DNA from: Takakia lepidozioides
Taxonomy: Eukaryota; Plantae; Bryophyta
DNA: 64,000 bases
Assembly: GCA_030704615.1 (NCBI GenBank)
Contig: CM060734.1
Span: forward strand, 53,196,001 to 53,260,000
Reading direction: 5' to 3'
In this document: positions 62,401 through 64,000 of the stretch, piece after piece
Layout of the letters: each line of letters begins with the position of its first letter
Position numbering within the stretch: the first letter of the stretch is position 1
The notes under the pieces: generated by a model
Told to the model about the DNA's origin: nothing
Databases searched by the model: none
Seen by the model: the letters and a program-made list of their open reading frames with translations, nothing else
Made by a program: the position numbers and the translations under genes

Positions 62401-62624
62401 GTGGAGGAACGAGTGGTCATGGTGGGATTTGCTAAGGAGACACCACGGGGTAGTGGTGCTCCTAGCCAGCCACTACCTCAACATGCTCAAGGCAACAATA
62501 GGGCTCAGGTGAAGCCTAGGGAAGGGCAGAGAGGACCTCAGATGCAGGGGTCTCTCCCTTCATTTGCTAGCCAACAATGGGCGGATGTGGTGTGCTCGAC
62601 ATGTGGAGGACCCCATGTCAAGAA
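59458..62624 (+). mobile_element. Second, 3'-truncated member of the split-direct-repeat retroelement family (A repeat, leader, gag)
   Basis: Starts tgtaaagttatttt, homologous to A1. 60800-62624 aligns with ~47280-49116 (shared gag peptide); it breaks off inside the first zinc knuckle (CSTCGGPHVKK). Confidence 0.9.
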
Positions 62625-63445
62625 AGAGGGACAAAGAAGCCACTTTGGTGCAGAGTCTGTCCAGGGAAATCCCTGCTGAGCATGTGGCGGAGGTTCCAGG
62701 AATGGAGTGTAGGAGCACTGCAACACCTGTGGAGAAAGAGGTCGTTCAGGAAGAGGATCTGGTGGGAACATGGCCTGAATGGTTGGTGAAACATCACATT
62801 GTGGAGGATCAGGGAGAACAACAACAAGTTCACCATGACGACCCACAGCAGGCCATGCTTATGAATTCCATAAGCAAGACACTCAATTTGTTGGGCCCTA
62901 TGACCAAGAAGGAGCAAGCTAATGCTTTGAGGCGGGTGAACAGGCGAGCCAGGGCATAGGCAATACGAAACCATGATGCGCGAGAGGAAGATGGACTCCC
63001 CCCTCAAGTGCTTCCGGTTGACAAAGTTGGAGAGCCCATTGGACCAGCACGCAATACCTGGCATGCAGCCCTCAAAGGCCAGATGTGGCGTTTGTGTGAC
63101 ATGTCAATGCATATTGCAGAGCAGGATGAATCTGTCATTGAAGAAATATACAGGATTCTAAACTCTACATTTGCATACACGCCACGTGGTCTTGACTATG
63201 AGCACATGAGGAAGACACTTGGCATTGCCTTGAAAACCCAAAGACACGAGATCCATGCACTGTACAAGGCAGGCGAGGGGAGGCCTGCACATCTAAAGGA
63301 AGCTCATTGGGATAGGCTGGTATCGTATTGGTAGACAGCAGGATTCAGCACAAAAAGTGCCCTCATGAAGGTTGCAAACTCATCAATCAAGAAGCCTTCA
63401 AAAACAGGACGTGGTGGGAAGGCATCTGTTGAGGCTCGGCTTGTA
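62625..63445 (+). mobile_element. CACTA/En-Spm TnpA-like (Transposase_24-type) coding remnant
   Basis: GEPIGP...W...LK...RHEIHALY...RPAHLKEAHWDRLVSYW resembles plant En/Spm ORF2 proteins; stops are present. Confidence 0.5.
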
Positions 63446-63489
63446 AGTTCACACACCGGTCTTTTTGCCCTCTTTGCCTTGGCTGATTG

Positions 63490-64000
63490 TTGTTTATAAT
63501 GTCAAACAGGCTAAGTCTTGGCAGAAGAGAGTAGAAAAGATTCTCAAGGACCTGGACCTGGATCCGCAAGTCTTGACCCTGCTGGATAAATCTGACTTAG
63601 AGGCTGTAGTGTCTGAAGCCATGTCTGTTGCCATGAGATTGTCTGATGAAAATGAAGTTAGGCAGAGAACTTCCCTGAACTTGTTTCCAGTCAGTGACAT
63701 GGGGGTGGACATCTTGGATGACCTCAAGGGTCTACCCACTCTCGGCACTAGACTGAAATTTAAACTCAGGGCAGGAAGCCTACCTTTGAACAACAAACAG
63801 AAGCAGAGAGGAAAGGGAGAGTGCAATTGTCCGTTGTGTGGGCAATCTGAAGACAGTATTCATTTTCTGATACACTGTCCGGGGTTCTCTCACCAAAGAG
63901 ACGCTCTCTTCAATTCAATCAAGGGAATTGTGCCTGTACCCCTGTTTACCAACTTTGAAAGTCTCGAGGCTGAGCCAAAAGCCGCGGCCCTCCTGAGGCC
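63490..64000 (+). mobile_element. LINE ORF2 C-terminal fragment with a zinc knuckle; runs off the window
   Basis: RLKFKLRAGSLPLN...CNCPLCGQSEDSIHFLIHCP. Confidence 0.65.

Overview
Eukaryotic land-plant nuclear DNA (spliceosomal introns, PLS-type PPR genes, LEUNIG; probably a non-seed plant, though the taxon cannot be fixed from sequence). There are three host genes: the 5' part of a cyclin T1 gene (-), a type II membrane O-fucosyltransferase-like gene of the At2g41150/At3g56750 type (+), and a LEUNIG-like corepressor (-). They sit among PPR pseudogenes and heavily nested transposons: L1-like LINEs, a truncated conventional Ty3/gypsy, a Pack-MULE-like element splitting a PPR gene, and hAT elements, two of which are stacked at one target site. 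The standout is an 11.07-kb gypsy-like retroelement (45124-56193). Its pol region carries a DNMT3-like C5 cytosine methyltransferase between protease and RT and a PHD finger fused to the integrase C-terminus. It has no ordinary LTRs or tRNA PBS. Instead it has split direct repeats (A1-ORFs-B1-A2-B2) and a conserved 17-nt self-complementary site where a PBS would be. A second, truncated family member starts at 59458. All calls are by eye, from motif recognition and manual alignment; no database searches were run.
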